Source: Nitrospirales bacterium
GTDB lineage: Bacteria > Nitrospirota > Nitrospiria > Nitrospirales > NS-4
Length of the DNA stretch: 64,000 bases
Direction of reading: 5' to 3'
NCBI GenBank assembly: GCA_036505795.1
Contig: DASXSU010000049.1
Location: 3,980 to 67,979 of the forward strand
The notes under the pieces were generated by a model. It worked only from the letters and a program-made list of their open reading frames with translations, was not told the origin of the DNA and did no database searches. Shown one piece after another: positions 43,967 through 53,906 of the stretch (positions within the stretch are counted from its first letter, which is position 1; the number at the start of each line of letters is the position of its first letter). Made by a program: the position numbers and the translations under genes.

Positions 43967-45199
43967 ATGAAGTATGTCATTTTGATGGGTGACGGTATGG
44001 CGGATAACGCGGTCGCAGAGCTGAATGGGCAAACACCCTTGCAAGCCGCGAAGACGCCTCACTTGGACTACCTGACGCAAAACGGCGAATTGGGATTGGT
44101 AAAAACCACCCCGGACGGATGCTACCCGGGAAGCGACGTCACCCAGCTCGCGATTCTGGGATACGATCCGAAAAAATACTGCACAGGCCCGGCCCCTTTT
44201 GAGGCCGCGGGGCTCGATGTCTCCCTCAATCCGGACGATGTGGCCTTTCGCTGTAATCTTGTAACGCTCCGGGCGGACACGGGCGGGTACGACATTAAGA
44301 AGCTTGGGCCGCACGCCATTATGGAAGACTTCAGCGCCGGGCAGATCGATTCCTTGGAGGCCAAAGAACTGATTTACGATCTGAACGAACAAATCGGCAC
44401 TGAAGTCGTTCAGTTTTATGCCGGAGTGTCCTACCGCCACCTCATGGTTTGGGCGGAGGGGAAGCACCGGATCACCATCTCCCCGCCGCAGGACATTACA
44501 GGAAAATCGATTGCGGAATATCTGCCCAAGGGCGAAGGGGACAAGGTGCTCCGAGCCCTTATGGAGGCCGCGCTTCCGATTCTTCGCGAGCACCAGATCA
44601 ACATCGACAGGAAAGAGGCGGGCAAGCCGCCGGCGAATGCGATTTGGCTATGGGGTCAGGGCAAGGCCCCGAAGATGCCGAAGCTGACGGAGCGTTACGG
44701 TTTGACCGGGGCCATCATTTCGGCGCTGGATCTGCCTCGCGGCTTGGGTCTGTACTGCGGTTTGGACGTGGTGAAGGTTGCCGGTGCCACCGGATATGCT
44801 GATACCAATTATGCCGGAAAGACTGAGGCGGCCCTGGTGGAACTAAAAACGAAGGATTTCGTGTACATTCATGTGGGGGCCGCAGACGAGGCGAGTCACC
44901 AAGGTGATGTTCAAGGGAAGGTGAAGGCCATCGAACTTTTCGACGAGCAAACATTGGGCCTGTTGCTGAAGGAACTGCCAAAACTGGGGTCGTATCGCCT
45001 GCTCATGGCCTGCAATCATGCCACGCCGGTCGCGTCGCGGCAGCACACGGCCGACCCGGTGCCCTACGCGATCTTTGAGGGACCCACCTGCAAGGAAGGG
45101 GCGGGCGCCGAGCGCGGGTTCAATGAAGTTGATGCCAAGGCGAGCCGGGTCTATATAGAGGATGCAAAAAAGTTGATCGGGCGTCTTTTAGGGAAGTAA
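43967..45199 (+). CDS. cofactor-independent phosphoglycerate mutase (archaeal ApgM-type) homologue; 'proposed homoserine kinase' family
   Basis: MKYVILMGDGMAD...TPL..AKTPHLD, alkaline-phosphatase-superfamily metal ligands (DGMAD, HVGAADEASHQG). Sits between thrC and the aspartokinase gene. Confidence 0.8.
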   Translation: MKYVILMGDGMADNAVAELNGQTPLQAAKTPHLDYLTQNGELGLVKTTPDGCYPGSDVTQLAILGYDPKKYCTGPAPFEAAGLDVSLNPDDVAFRCNLVTLRADTGGYDIKKLGPHAIMEDFSAGQIDSLEAKELIYDLNEQIGTEVVQFYAGVSYRHLMVWAEGKHRITISPPQDITGKSIAEYLPKGEGDKVLRALMEAALPILREHQINIDRKEAGKPPANAIWLWGQGKAPKMPKLTERYGLTGAIISALDLPRGLGLYCGLDVVKVAGATGYADTNYAGKTEAALVELKTKDFVYIHVGAADEASHQGDVQGKVKAIELFDEQTLGLLLKELPKLGSYRLLMACNHATPVASRQHTADPVPYAIFEGPTCKEGAGAERGFNEVDAKASRVYIEDAKKLIGRLLGK

Positions 45200-46417
45200 A
45201 TGGCTCTCGTGGTGCAGAAATTCGGTGGAACGTCCGTCGGCAACGTCGACCGCATCAAGCGCGTGGCGGCCTTGATTGCCAAATCTCATCAGGCGGGAGA
45301 GGCGGTCGTGGTGGTGGTCTCGGCCATGAGCGGGGAGACCGACCGTTTACTCAAGCTCGCGCATGAGCTCGCGCCATTTCCGGATGAGCGCGAGATGGAC
45401 ATGCTATTATCCACGGGTGAGCGGGTCACGATTGCCCTCCTTGCCATGGCGCTGCGCGCCATGGGATTGGACGCGCGCTCGTACACAGGCCGTCAGGTCG
45501 GGATCATTACCGACAGTACCCACACCCGGGCCCGCATCGAACGGATAACCGCGGAGAGAATCAAAGAGGCTCTGGATCAGGGTATTATCCCGGTGGTGGC
45601 GGGGTTCCAAGGCATCAACGAAAAAAACGACGTCACGACCCTGGGGCGTGGAGGCTCGGACCTGACCGCCGTCGCGTTGGCGGCCGCGCTTCATGCCGAT
45701 CAGTGTATTATTTATACCGACGTCGAAGGAATCTATACGGCGGACCCTAATGTCGTCCCGGACGCCCGCAAACTCGAAAAGATCTCGTATGAGGAGATGC
45801 TGGAACTGGCGAGCCTGGGCGCCAAAGTGCTGCAGAGCCGGTCAGTGGAATTTGCGGCGAAGTACGAGGTGCCGGTCATCGTAAAGTCGACTTTTCAAGA
45901 AGGCCGCGGGACCTTGGTGACCAAGGAGGATCGGGATATGGAACAGGCGATGGTCTCAGGGGTCACCGGCGACCGCAATCAGGCGAAGATCACCTTCATC
46001 GGCGTGCCGGATCATCCCGGTATCGCCTCACGTATCTTCGGACCGATCGGGTCGGCAAATATCCTGGTAGACATGATCATCCAAAACGTGGGACAGGGCG
46101 ACTTGACCGACCTGTCCTTTACAATTCCCCGGGGCGACCTTCATAAGGCGGTCGATCTTGCCAACCGCATCGCCAAAGATATTGGGGCGCGCAGTGTCGA
46201 GTTGAAGGACAAGATCGCCAAAGTGTCCCTGGTGGGTGTGGGAATGCGGTCGCATTCGGGCGTGGCGGCACGGATGTTCGAAACACTCGCAGCGGAAGGC
46301 ATCAATATTATGATGATCAGCACCTCCGAGATCAAAATCTCGTGTGTCATCGAAGAGCTGCACTTGGAGCCGGCCGTGCGGGCGCTTCATCAGGCTTTCG
46401 GGCTGGGAATCGGATAA
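45200..46417 (+). CDS. lysC: aspartate kinase
   Basis: [10 protein letters not shown], two C-terminal ACT domains. Confidence 0.95.
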   Translation: MALVVQKFGGTSVGNVDRIKRVAALIAKSHQAGEAVVVVVSAMSGETDRLLKLAHELAPFPDEREMDMLLSTGERVTIALLAMALRAMGLDARSYTGRQVGIITDSTHTRARIERITAERIKEALDQGIIPVVAGFQGINEKNDVTTLGRGGSDLTAVALAAALHADQCIIYTDVEGIYTADPNVVPDARKLEKISYEEMLELASLGAKVLQSRSVEFAAKYEVPVIVKSTFQEGRGTLVTKEDRDMEQAMVSGVTGDRNQAKITFIGVPDHPGIASRIFGPIGSANILVDMIIQNVGQGDLTDLSFTIPRGDLHKAVDLANRIAKDIGARSVELKDKIAKVSLVGVGMRSHSGVAARMFETLAAEGINIMMISTSEIKISCVIEELHLEPAVRALHQAFGLGIG

Positions 46418-46418
46418 C

Positions 46419-48008
46419 GTGAGTTCACTCGAAATCTATGATACGACCTTGAGGGACGGCGCGCAGGCCGAAGATGTCTGGTTTTCCGTCGAAGACAAAG
46501 TCCGTGTCGCTCAAAAGTTGGATGAGCTCGGCGTTCACTTCATTGAAGGGGGCTGGCCGGGGGCCAACCCAAAGGATGTCGACTTTTTCCGAATCGCCAA
46601 AACGATCCCTTTCAAACATGCCAAGCTCGTGGCCTTCGGCTCCACGCGGCGAGCCTCGAATACTCCTCGAAACGATCCGACCCTCAAATCCCTCTTAGAG
46701 GCCGGCACGACTTTTGTCACCCTCTTTGGGAAGAGTTGGACGCTGCATGTGACCGACGCTCTCGGCATCTCCCTGAAAAAAAATCTTGAGCTGATCGAAG
46801 ATTCCGTAGCGTTTCTCAAAAATCACAAGCGCCAGGTCTTCTATGATGCCGAGCACTTTTTTGACGGGTATAAGGCGAATCCCGAGTATGCCCTCTCGAC
46901 GCTCACGCGCGCACAGGAGGCGGGCGCCGCGCGCCTGATCTTATGCGACACGAACGGCGGGACAATGCCCTGGGAAATCAAAAAGATCGTGACGGAGGTG
47001 GCCCGGGAAGTGAGCGTGCCCCTCGGCATCCATGCGCATAATGACGCCGAAATGGCGGTCGCCAATTCGCTGATTGCCATTGAGCAGGGCGTCATTCAGG
47101 TCCAGGGGACGATCAACGGCATCGGCGAGCGATGCGGGAATGCGAATCTTTCCTCCATCATCCCAAATTTAAATCTCAAAATGAAACACGAGCCGATTAC
47201 GCCGGGGCGGCTCAGGCGCTTACGCGAAGTCTCGCATTACGTGGCGGAGATCGCGAACCTCGTCCCCAACACGCATCAGCCCTACGTCGGTGATTCGGCT
47301 TTTGCCCATAAGGGCGGGGTGCATATCGACGCGGTGCGGAAGAATCCGATGACGTACGAGCATATCCGTCCGGATGCTGTCGGCAACCGGCAGCGAATGC
47401 TCATTTCGGATCATGCGGGCAAAAGCAGCCTTGCGGGAAAGGCCGAGGAGTTCCACATTAAATTGCGCAAGGATAGCCCGAAGACCCGAGAGTTGTTGGC
47501 CACGCTGAAGGAGTTAGAGAATCAAGGCTATCAATTCGAGGGCGCGGAAGGGTCGTTTGAGCTTTTGATGCGCCGCGTCCTGGGCACTCATACGCCCTCA
47601 TTTGAGCTGATGGGCTTTCGGGTGATTGTGGAAAAGCGACGGGCGGACGAAGAGCCGATCTCCGAAGCCACAGTGATGGTAAAGGTGGGGTCTGTGATCG
47701 AGCATCAAGTGGCGGTTGGGACCGGACCGGTCGATGCGCTCGACCACGCGTTGCGGAAAGCCTTGGAGAAGTTTTATCCGGAGCTTCAAGAAGTGAAGCT
47801 GCTCGATTATAAGGTCCGGGTCCTTGCAGGGAACCAAGGAACTGCGTCGCGTGTGCGCGTGCTGATTGAATCCGGCGATCAGAAGGAGAAATGGGGCACG
47901 GTGGGGGTGTCGGAGAACATTATGGAGGCGAGTTGGCAGGCCCTCGCGGATAGCATTGAGTATAAGATGCTCAATGACGAGCCTCCTTCCGCTAAGAGTT
48001 CTACTTGA
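46419..48008 (+). CDS. cimA: (R)-citramalate synthase-type member of the isopropylmalate/homocitrate synthase family
   Basis: The GTG at 46419 gives [30 protein letters not shown], long C-terminal regulatory domain. Adjacency to aspartokinase matches organisms that use the citramalate route. Confidence 0.8.
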   Translation: MSSLEIYDTTLRDGAQAEDVWFSVEDKVRVAQKLDELGVHFIEGGWPGANPKDVDFFRIAKTIPFKHAKLVAFGSTRRASNTPRNDPTLKSLLEAGTTFVTLFGKSWTLHVTDALGISLKKNLELIEDSVAFLKNHKRQVFYDAEHFFDGYKANPEYALSTLTRAQEAGAARLILCDTNGGTMPWEIKKIVTEVAREVSVPLGIHAHNDAEMAVANSLIAIEQGVIQVQGTINGIGERCGNANLSSIIPNLNLKMKHEPITPGRLRRLREVSHYVAEIANLVPNTHQPYVGDSAFAHKGGVHIDAVRKNPMTYEHIRPDAVGNRQRMLISDHAGKSSLAGKAEEFHIKLRKDSPKTRELLATLKELENQGYQFEGAEGSFELLMRRVLGTHTPSFELMGFRVIVEKRRADEEPISEATVMVKVGSVIEHQVAVGTGPVDALDHALRKALEKFYPELQEVKLLDYKVRVLAGNQGTASRVRVLIESGDQKEKWGTVGVSENIMEASWQALADSIEYKMLNDEPPSAKSST

Positions 48009-48085
48009 CTTTTTTCTACTGGCTTTCGTATCTTAATGAACTCTCAGGGAAAACTCCGCATTTGCTGTGATGGCCAAGGGGAGGG

Positions 48086-48364
48086 GTGCAGATGAGGAAG
48101 GCGGATCTGGCAACGGAAATCTACGAAAAAGTAGGTCTCTCAAAAAAGGAGGCTGCCGACCTTGTTGAATTAGTGCTGGAGATGATCAAAGGGGTTTTGC
48201 AAAAGGGAGAGTCATTTAAAATTGCAGGCTTTGGCAATTTTGTCATCCGAAGTAAAGGCCCTCGTAAAGGCCGCAATCCCCGTACTGGTGAGGAGATCGG
48301 GATCACCCCCCGCCGCGTCGTGACATTCAGGCCGAGCCAAATTTTTAAAAAATATGTCAATTAG
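48086..48364 (+). CDS. ihfA: integration host factor alpha-like (HU/IHF family)
   Basis: GFGNFVIRSKGPRKGRNPRTGEEIGITPRRVVTFRPSQ. ATG at 48092 is a possible start. Confidence 0.8.
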   Translation: MQMRKADLATEIYEKVGLSKKEAADLVELVLEMIKGVLQKGESFKIAGFGNFVIRSKGPRKGRNPRTGEEIGITPRRVVTFRPSQIFKKYVN

Positions 48365-48491
48365 CTCTTGGCGCTCCCGGCACGGTCGCTGAGAAATGAA
48401 CCAAAGCTTGAAACGTTGACACATCCGGTGTCGTGATGGCCCCCAAATAGAGGGTCAGAACCGGTACGAGGCAACCGGGTTTGGCGGTGCG

Positions 48492-48869
48492 ATGGCGGGA
48501 CTATTAGGGGCACGCGGAGCGCCGCGAGGTTCCCACGAAGAGAAGCTCTTCTATAAAATCGGTGAAGTCAGTAAGATCACCGGCCTTCCGTCCTATGTGT
48601 TGAGATTCTGGGAATCGGAATTCGAGTTCCTTAGACCTCAAAAGAGTCGAGGGCAACAGCGGGTCTACACACAGAAAGATGTGGAAACACTTCTTCAGAT
48701 CAAGCGAATGCGTTACGAGCAGGGGTTCACGATTGAGGGACTTCGGCGTCGCTGGAACACCCGTCAAGGAACAAAGGAGAGAAAGCCGTCACGTGCGGCC
48801 GTCGACGTGGTACGGCGACTGCGACAGGAATTAAACGAGATGCTCAAGGTGTTGGACGATCACGCGTAG
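48492..48869 (+). CDS. MerR-family transcriptional regulator
   Basis: [38 protein letters not shown] (MerR HTH). Confidence 0.8.
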   Translation: MAGLLGARGAPRGSHEEKLFYKIGEVSKITGLPSYVLRFWESEFEFLRPQKSRGQQRVYTQKDVETLLQIKRMRYEQGFTIEGLRRRWNTRQGTKERKPSRAAVDVVRRLRQELNEMLKVLDDHA

Positions 48870-48901
48870 ACGGACCTATACACGAGTACGAGGTACGAAG
48901 T

Positions 48902-48978
48902 CGGGGCGTAGCGCAGACCGGTAGCGCACTCGCTTGGGGTGCGAGTGGTCGTGGGTTCAAATCCCGCCGCCCCGACCA
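48902..48978 (+). tRNA. tRNA-Pro (anticodon GGG)
   Basis: 77-nt cloverleaf folded by hand: CGGGGCG acceptor, anticodon stem CTCGC/GCGAG, loop TTGGGGT, T-arm GTGGG-TTCAAAT-CCCGC, encoded CCA. Confidence 0.9.
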
Positions 48979-49053
48979 GTTTCGCCGTAGATCCCCGAGG
49001 AGCCCTTCCGCGCGGCTTCGCCGCCCATCGATTCACCCTGCCGTCATGTTCCA

Positions 49054-50499
49054 ATGAGCGCACTGAAAATCTTCAATACGATGAGCCGCCGCAAGGAACC
49101 CTTTGAGCCGATGACAGCCGGCCGAGTAGGGATGTACGTATGCGGCGTCACCGTCTACGATGAGTGCCACTTAGGACATGCGCGGAGCGCCATCGTCTTT
49201 GACGTCATTCGTCGCTATTTGGAGCATCGGAATCTGGAAGTGACCTTCGTGAAGAACTTCACGGACATTGACGATAAGATCATCAAGCGTGCCCAGGAAC
49301 AATCTCTTCCCTGGCAAGCGCTGACCAGCCGCTTTATCGATGCCTATTATCGGGATATGGTCAAGCTGGGCGTGAGGCCTGCGACACTTGAGCCGAAAGC
49401 CACCGAACATGTGAACGAGATCATCAAATTGATTCAGGTGCTGGTTGCAAAAGGTATCGCGTACCAGGTCGACACAGACGTCTATTTTCACGTCAAAGCA
49501 TTCCCACGATACGGGATGCTATCGAAGCGGAAACTCGATGAACTGCAGGCCGGGGCACGGGTTGAGATCGATGAGCGAAAACGCGATCCCATGGACTTTG
49601 CGCTGTGGAAAGGCGCTAAACCGGCCGAGCCTGCCTGGGACAGCCCCTGGGGATCGGGTCGACCGGGCTGGCACATCGAGTGCTCGGCGATGTCCATCCG
49701 GCACCTGGGGGAAACGCTCGATATCCATGGAGGAGGAGAGGATCTTGTCTTTCCCCACCACGAAAATGAAATTGCCCAATCCGAAGCGGCGACAGGCAAG
49801 GAATTCGCGCGGTACTGGGTTCACAACGGCATGGTGACGGTGGACCGGGAGAAAATGTCGAAGTCTCTGGGAAACTTCTTCACGATTCGCGAAATCTTCG
49901 AGAAGTTTCCTGCGTCGGCGCAAGTGACCGCCGAAATCCTCAGATTTTTCCTGCTCTCGACACATTACCGCAGTCCCGTTGATTTTTCGGACGCAGCGCT
50001 CCGCCAAGCCCACGCAGGGCTCAACAATTTTTATGATCTATTTAAACGCCTTGAGGAGAGAGCACGAGATGGATCATTTAAGGACGCGGCGGTGCACGGG
50101 GCGCCGGTGTCCGGCACGATCGGTTTTGAGCAAGCGATGGATGACGATTTTAACACTCCATTGGCACTGGCATCCTTGCAGCGGGTTCGGAGTGATGTGA
50201 ACACCCGGTTGCAGGCAGGACTTTCGGCGCATGCAGCCAAAGACGCGCTATCGGTCTTCCGTACTTATGGTTTGATTCTCGGACTTTTCCAGGTGCCTCC
50301 CTCCGAGTGGGAATTTGGTCAGGGCGAGGCTACCGCCTCGGTTATGGCAGATGCGGAGATCGAACGGCTCATCGAAGAGCGTCACCAGGCTAGGGCAAAG
50401 AAAGATTGGGCCCGGGCGGACGCCCTCCGGCAGGAACTGGCGGAGCGTGGCATCATGATTGAAGACCGACCTGACGGCAGTACCCGTTGGAAGCGATGA
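49054..50499 (+). CDS. cysS: cysteine--tRNA ligase
   Basis: HLGHARS (HIGH) and KMSKSLGN (KMSKS) motifs. Confidence 0.95.
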   Translation: MSALKIFNTMSRRKEPFEPMTAGRVGMYVCGVTVYDECHLGHARSAIVFDVIRRYLEHRNLEVTFVKNFTDIDDKIIKRAQEQSLPWQALTSRFIDAYYRDMVKLGVRPATLEPKATEHVNEIIKLIQVLVAKGIAYQVDTDVYFHVKAFPRYGMLSKRKLDELQAGARVEIDERKRDPMDFALWKGAKPAEPAWDSPWGSGRPGWHIECSAMSIRHLGETLDIHGGGEDLVFPHHENEIAQSEAATGKEFARYWVHNGMVTVDREKMSKSLGNFFTIREIFEKFPASAQVTAEILRFFLLSTHYRSPVDFSDAALRQAHAGLNNFYDLFKRLEERARDGSFKDAAVHGAPVSGTIGFEQAMDDDFNTPLALASLQRVRSDVNTRLQAGLSAHAAKDALSVFRTYGLILGLFQVPPSEWEFGQGEATASVMADAEIERLIEERHQARAKKDWARADALRQELAERGIMIEDRPDGSTRWKR

Positions 50500-51299
50500 C
50501 CGTGAGTCCTAACGAACGCTTGTACGGCATCCATCCGCTTCTCGAGGCGCTCCGCTCTGCCGATCGGCACATCGACGGAATTTATCTGCTGCACGGCCGA
50601 CAAGGCCGCGACATCGACGAAATTCTTGCTCTTGCGAAAACGAAGGGCATTGCCGTGGACTTTCGATCGCGGGAGGCGCTGGACCGTTTAACCGGATCGG
50701 CCCACCATCAAGGCGCCGTGGGGATGGTGACAAGTAAGTCGTATGCTTCGTTGGAGGATCTCCTTGCAGGCGTGGCGGGCAAGGAACACCCTCTTCTGCT
50801 TATCTTGGACGGCATTGAGGATCCTCACAATCTTGGAGCGATCCTGCGAACGGCGGAAGCCGCGGGCGTTGATGGCGTGATTATTCCGGAGCGCCGAGCA
50901 GTGGGATTAACGGCGACCGTGGCGAAGGCTTCCGCAGGCGCCATCGAATACCTGCCGGTCGCGCGTGTCGTCAACCTTTCGCACACCATTGAACGTTTGA
51001 AGAATGAAAAGTTCTGGATCTACGCACTGGACGTCAAAGGAGAAAAAAACTTCCTTAGTGTCGACTATCGCGGCGCTGTAGCCCTGGTCATCGGGGGAGA
51101 AGGCCGGGGCATCCGTCCGCTTGTCGCTCAGCACTGCGACGGCCGTATCAACATCCCAATGAAGGGGAAAGTCTCGAGTTTAAATGCCTCAGTGGCAGCG
51201 GGGGTTCTTCTCTACGAAGTGCTTCGGCAACGGGCGACAGCGCCGCCGTCAGGCCCGCCGAAACCGGATAAAACCCTCTTCGATAGCCGCCTTCAGTAG
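50487..51299 (+). CDS. rlmB: SpoU/TrmH-family 23S rRNA 2'-O-methyltransferase (RlmB-like)
   Basis: DGIEDPHNLGAILRTAEAAG, IGGEGRGIR, IPMKGKVSSLNASVAAGVLLYE. Confidence 0.88.
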   Translation: MEAMTVSPNERLYGIHPLLEALRSADRHIDGIYLLHGRQGRDIDEILALAKTKGIAVDFRSREALDRLTGSAHHQGAVGMVTSKSYASLEDLLAGVAGKEHPLLLILDGIEDPHNLGAILRTAEAAGVDGVIIPERRAVGLTATVAKASAGAIEYLPVARVVNLSHTIERLKNEKFWIYALDVKGEKNFLSVDYRGAVALVIGGEGRGIRPLVAQHCDGRINIPMKGKVSSLNASVAAGVLLYEVLRQRATAPPSGPPKPDKTLFDSRLQ

Positions 51300-51482
51300 T
51301 TGGGCGGCATTCGACACCCGGAGTTTTTTCATCATATTGGCTCGGTGCGCCTCGACGGTTTTCACGCTAATTTTCAAACGCGCGCCGATCTCGCGATTCT
51401 TGAGGCCATTCCAAATCAATTGAAGAATCTCCTGCTCCCGTTCGGTCAACGAGGCGACACCATTTTTCTTCTTTCTGTCCAT
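51249..51482 (-). CDS. stand-alone LuxR/GerE-type HTH protein
   Basis: LTEREQEILQLIWNGLKNREIGARLKISVKTVEAHRANMMKKL. Confidence 0.8.
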   Translation of the reverse strand: MDRKKKNGVASLTEREQEILQLIWNGLKNREIGARLKISVKTVEAHRANMMKKLRVSNAAQLLKAAIEEGFIRFRRA

Positions 51483-51512
51483 AGACGCTCTGACTCCTTT
51501 TACACGGATAGT

Positions 51513-51579
51513 GAGGTACCAGGGAACGCCCGTCTATATCGCACACCCAAGTAAATATGTAAAGGAGGATACCAGGGAA
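51513..51579. repeat. direct repeat GAGG(A)TACCAGGGAA x2 (51513..51526 and 51565..51579)
   Basis: Read directly in the divergent luxR-type/pilD spacer. The centre-to-centre spacing is about 52 nt. Confidence 0.6.
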
Positions 51580-51687
51580 AATAGGAAGGGGTCTTGCTCC
51601 CGTTAGGGGGGTTACCGTAGAATGGCCTAGTGGTCAGTGGGGTGCCCGGCATACTACGGCAGGGGCAGGCAAGAAAGGGCGGATTCT

Positions 51688-52461
51688 GTGGTGACAGAGC
51701 TGACCGTCGCGATTCTGTTCGGAGCTCTCATCGGGAGTTTCCTGAATGTCTGCATCCATCGGCTTCCGCTGAAAGAGTCCCTCCTGTGGCCACGTTCCCG
51801 CTGTCCTCAGTGTTCGACCACAATTTCCTGGTACGATAACCTCCCCATCCTTAGTTATGCGATCTTACGGGGACGATGCCGCAACTGTGGCCACCGCATC
51901 TCCTGGCGTTACCCTTTAGTGGAAGCCCTCAATGCCGTGGGCTACGGACTGATCGTTTGGCGATTCGGCCTTTCGGCGTGGGCCATGGTCTATGCGCTAC
52001 TCTGGTCTGCCCTGATCGTGATCAGCTTCATCGATCTCGACCACATGATTATCCCCGACCGCATCACGCTGCCGGGGATCGGCCTTGGTCTTGTAGCCGG
52101 CAGCCTGTTGTTGCCGCAGTGGTGGGACAGCCTTCTCGGCCTGTTCGTCGGGGGAGGGATTCTCTATTTTATGGCCTGGATCAGCCCCTATTTGTTCGGC
52201 AAAGAAGGGATGGGCGGGGGGGATATTAAACTGCTGGCGATGATCGGGGCATTTCTTGGATGGAAGCCGGCAATCCTTACCATCTTCTTCGGGGGCCTGC
52301 TGGGAGCCGTCGTTGGATTGAGTTTAATGGGAATCCGAGTGATCACACGCGAGGCATACTTGCCGTTTGGCCCGTTCCTATCGCTGGGAGCCGCAGTAGT
52401 GATGTTGTACGGCCCCGAGATTTTGAGCTGGTATAGCAACATGCTGAGCGGAGGCGGGTAG
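51688..52461 (+). CDS. pilD: prepilin peptidase (A24 family)
   Basis: N-terminal CPQC...CRNC zinc motif. GGGDIKLLAMIGAFLGW contains the second catalytic Asp. Multiple TM segments. Start is uncertain (the track gives 51637). Confidence 0.88.
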   Translation: MVTELTVAILFGALIGSFLNVCIHRLPLKESLLWPRSRCPQCSTTISWYDNLPILSYAILRGRCRNCGHRISWRYPLVEALNAVGYGLIVWRFGLSAWAMVYALLWSALIVISFIDLDHMIIPDRITLPGIGLGLVAGSLLLPQWWDSLLGLFVGGGILYFMAWISPYLFGKEGMGGGDIKLLAMIGAFLGWKPAILTIFFGGLLGAVVGLSLMGIRVITREAYLPFGPFLSLGAAVVMLYGPEILSWYSNMLSGGG

Positions 52462-52463
52462 GC

Positions 52464-53906
52464 ATGGTCGTTCAGCGGCTCCGGCCTATTATGATTGGAT
52501 GGACCATCCTGTTCGTGCTCTTTCTCATGACCTTGGCGTTTCAACTCCTTCTGATGCAGCACGACATAGATCCACGAGGATTGGGTAGCTTACAACCGAC
52601 GGCCAGCGTCTTGATGAAGGTCTTGGGTAGCCTGCTGCTCATACTTCCGCTCTACGGCGTATTCTCCCGCTTCATCGTTTCCAGCCAAGGAGGCGAGGCG
52701 GAAGACCACTCGCCCGAGGCGCCGGTTGTGGAGCAGGACCGGACCGGCGTCATGATCGAAGCCTTCCATGATGTGGTACGTCGTTTGCGCGAGAAGGAAC
52801 AAGAACTGGTTCGCCTGCGCTCCGAGGCCGAGGCCCGAGCGCAGGAGTTCGAAAGCTACAATGAAAATATCCTTCGTAGCGTCGCCAGCGGCGTGATTAC
52901 GTTTAATGAGGACTCGATCGTGACGACATTTAACGAGGCCGCCGGCCGGATTTTGCGGATCGAGTGGCAGAGCATCATCGGAAAAACCTGTGATGAGGTG
53001 TTTGGTGTCGGCAGCAAAATCAGCCGATTATTGACCCGCGCACATCGGCACGGCGAAATCATTACCCGCGAGCAGTTCGAATTGGAGCAACGCGACGGCC
53101 GTCGAATATGGCTGGGCGTCAGCACCTCCTTATTGAAGGACCGCGCAGAGCGCTTCATCGGGACGACCTTCGTGTTCACAGATCTGACGGAAGTCAAGGA
53201 GCTTCAGGCTCAGGTCGAGTTGCGGGAACGCATGACCGTCGTGGGGGAGATGTCCGCCGGCATCGCGCATGAGTTCCGCAATTTTATGGGCACCATCCTG
53301 GGCGCCGCCAAATTAATTGCTCGGCAGATCAAGCCCAATGAGGTGGCTCAGGAAAGCCTGAGTACCATTCTCCATGTCATATCTGACATGGACTATCTCA
53401 TTACCCAGTTTCTGAACTTCTCAAAGAAGACCGAATTGGATCTCAAACCGGTCGATCTCCATGGGTGGCTTAAGCGGGTGGTGGATCAGGTGTGGAGCCA
53501 AAGCGCCTCCGATTTCCATCATGCTGAAATCCACTGTCCTGCAAACATTGCCGCGGTCTCCATGGATGAGGTCTTAATGCGGCAGGCGTTGAGCAACCTG
53601 GTACAGAACGCGGTTGAAGCCATGCCCAAGGGCGGGAGTGTTCAGATATCGACCGCTATGGTGCAGTCCCATAGTGGTCGTCCCGAATTGGAGTTGCGGA
53701 TCACCGACAGCGGCTTGGGAATTCCAGGTGATCGGCTGGACAAAATTTTTCTTCCTTTTTACACCACGAAGACGAAGGGCACGGGACTCGGTCTGGCGTT
53801 GGTTCATAAGATTGTCCTGCTGCACAACGGACGGATTCAGGTCGAGAGCCAGGAAGGGAAGGGCACGACGTTTCGCGTCCATTTGCCCATCGAGGTGCGC
53901 GTATGA
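52464..53906 (+). CDS. sensor histidine kinase (2 TM, PAS, HisKA, HATPase_c), NtrB/PilS-like
   Basis: H-box GIAHEFRNFMGTI, N-box LVQNAVEA, G-boxes DSGLGI and GTGLGLA. Confidence 0.85.
   Translation: MVVQRLRPIMIGWTILFVLFLMTLAFQLLLMQHDIDPRGLGSLQPTASVLMKVLGSLLLILPLYGVFSRFIVSSQGGEAEDHSPEAPVVEQDRTGVMIEAFHDVVRRLREKEQELVRLRSEAEARAQEFESYNENILRSVASGVITFNEDSIVTTFNEAAGRILRIEWQSIIGKTCDEVFGVGSKISRLLTRAHRHGEIITREQFELEQRDGRRIWLGVSTSLLKDRAERFIGTTFVFTDLTEVKELQAQVELRERMTVVGEMSAGIAHEFRNFMGTILGAAKLIARQIKPNEVAQESLSTILHVISDMDYLITQFLNFSKKTELDLKPVDLHGWLKRVVDQVWSQSASDFHHAEIHCPANIAAVSMDEVLMRQALSNLVQNAVEAMPKGGSVQISTAMVQSHSGRPELELRITDSGLGIPGDRLDKIFLPFYTTKTKGTGLGLALVHKIVLLHNGRIQVESQEGKGTTFRVHLPIEVRV

Noticed and set aside
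43412-44593. Long antisense ORFs. Examples: 393 aa at 43412..44593, 257 aa at 11138..11911, 346 aa at 53837..54877, 295 aa at 61904..62791, 231 aa at 39217..39912, 212 aa at 21549..22187 and 188 aa at 2912..3478.
   Set aside because: Each lies fully opposite a gene with strong family motifs. Their translations are rich in Arg, Pro, Ala and Ser and show no motifs. This is the typical stop-poor antisense frame of GC-rich coding DNA.
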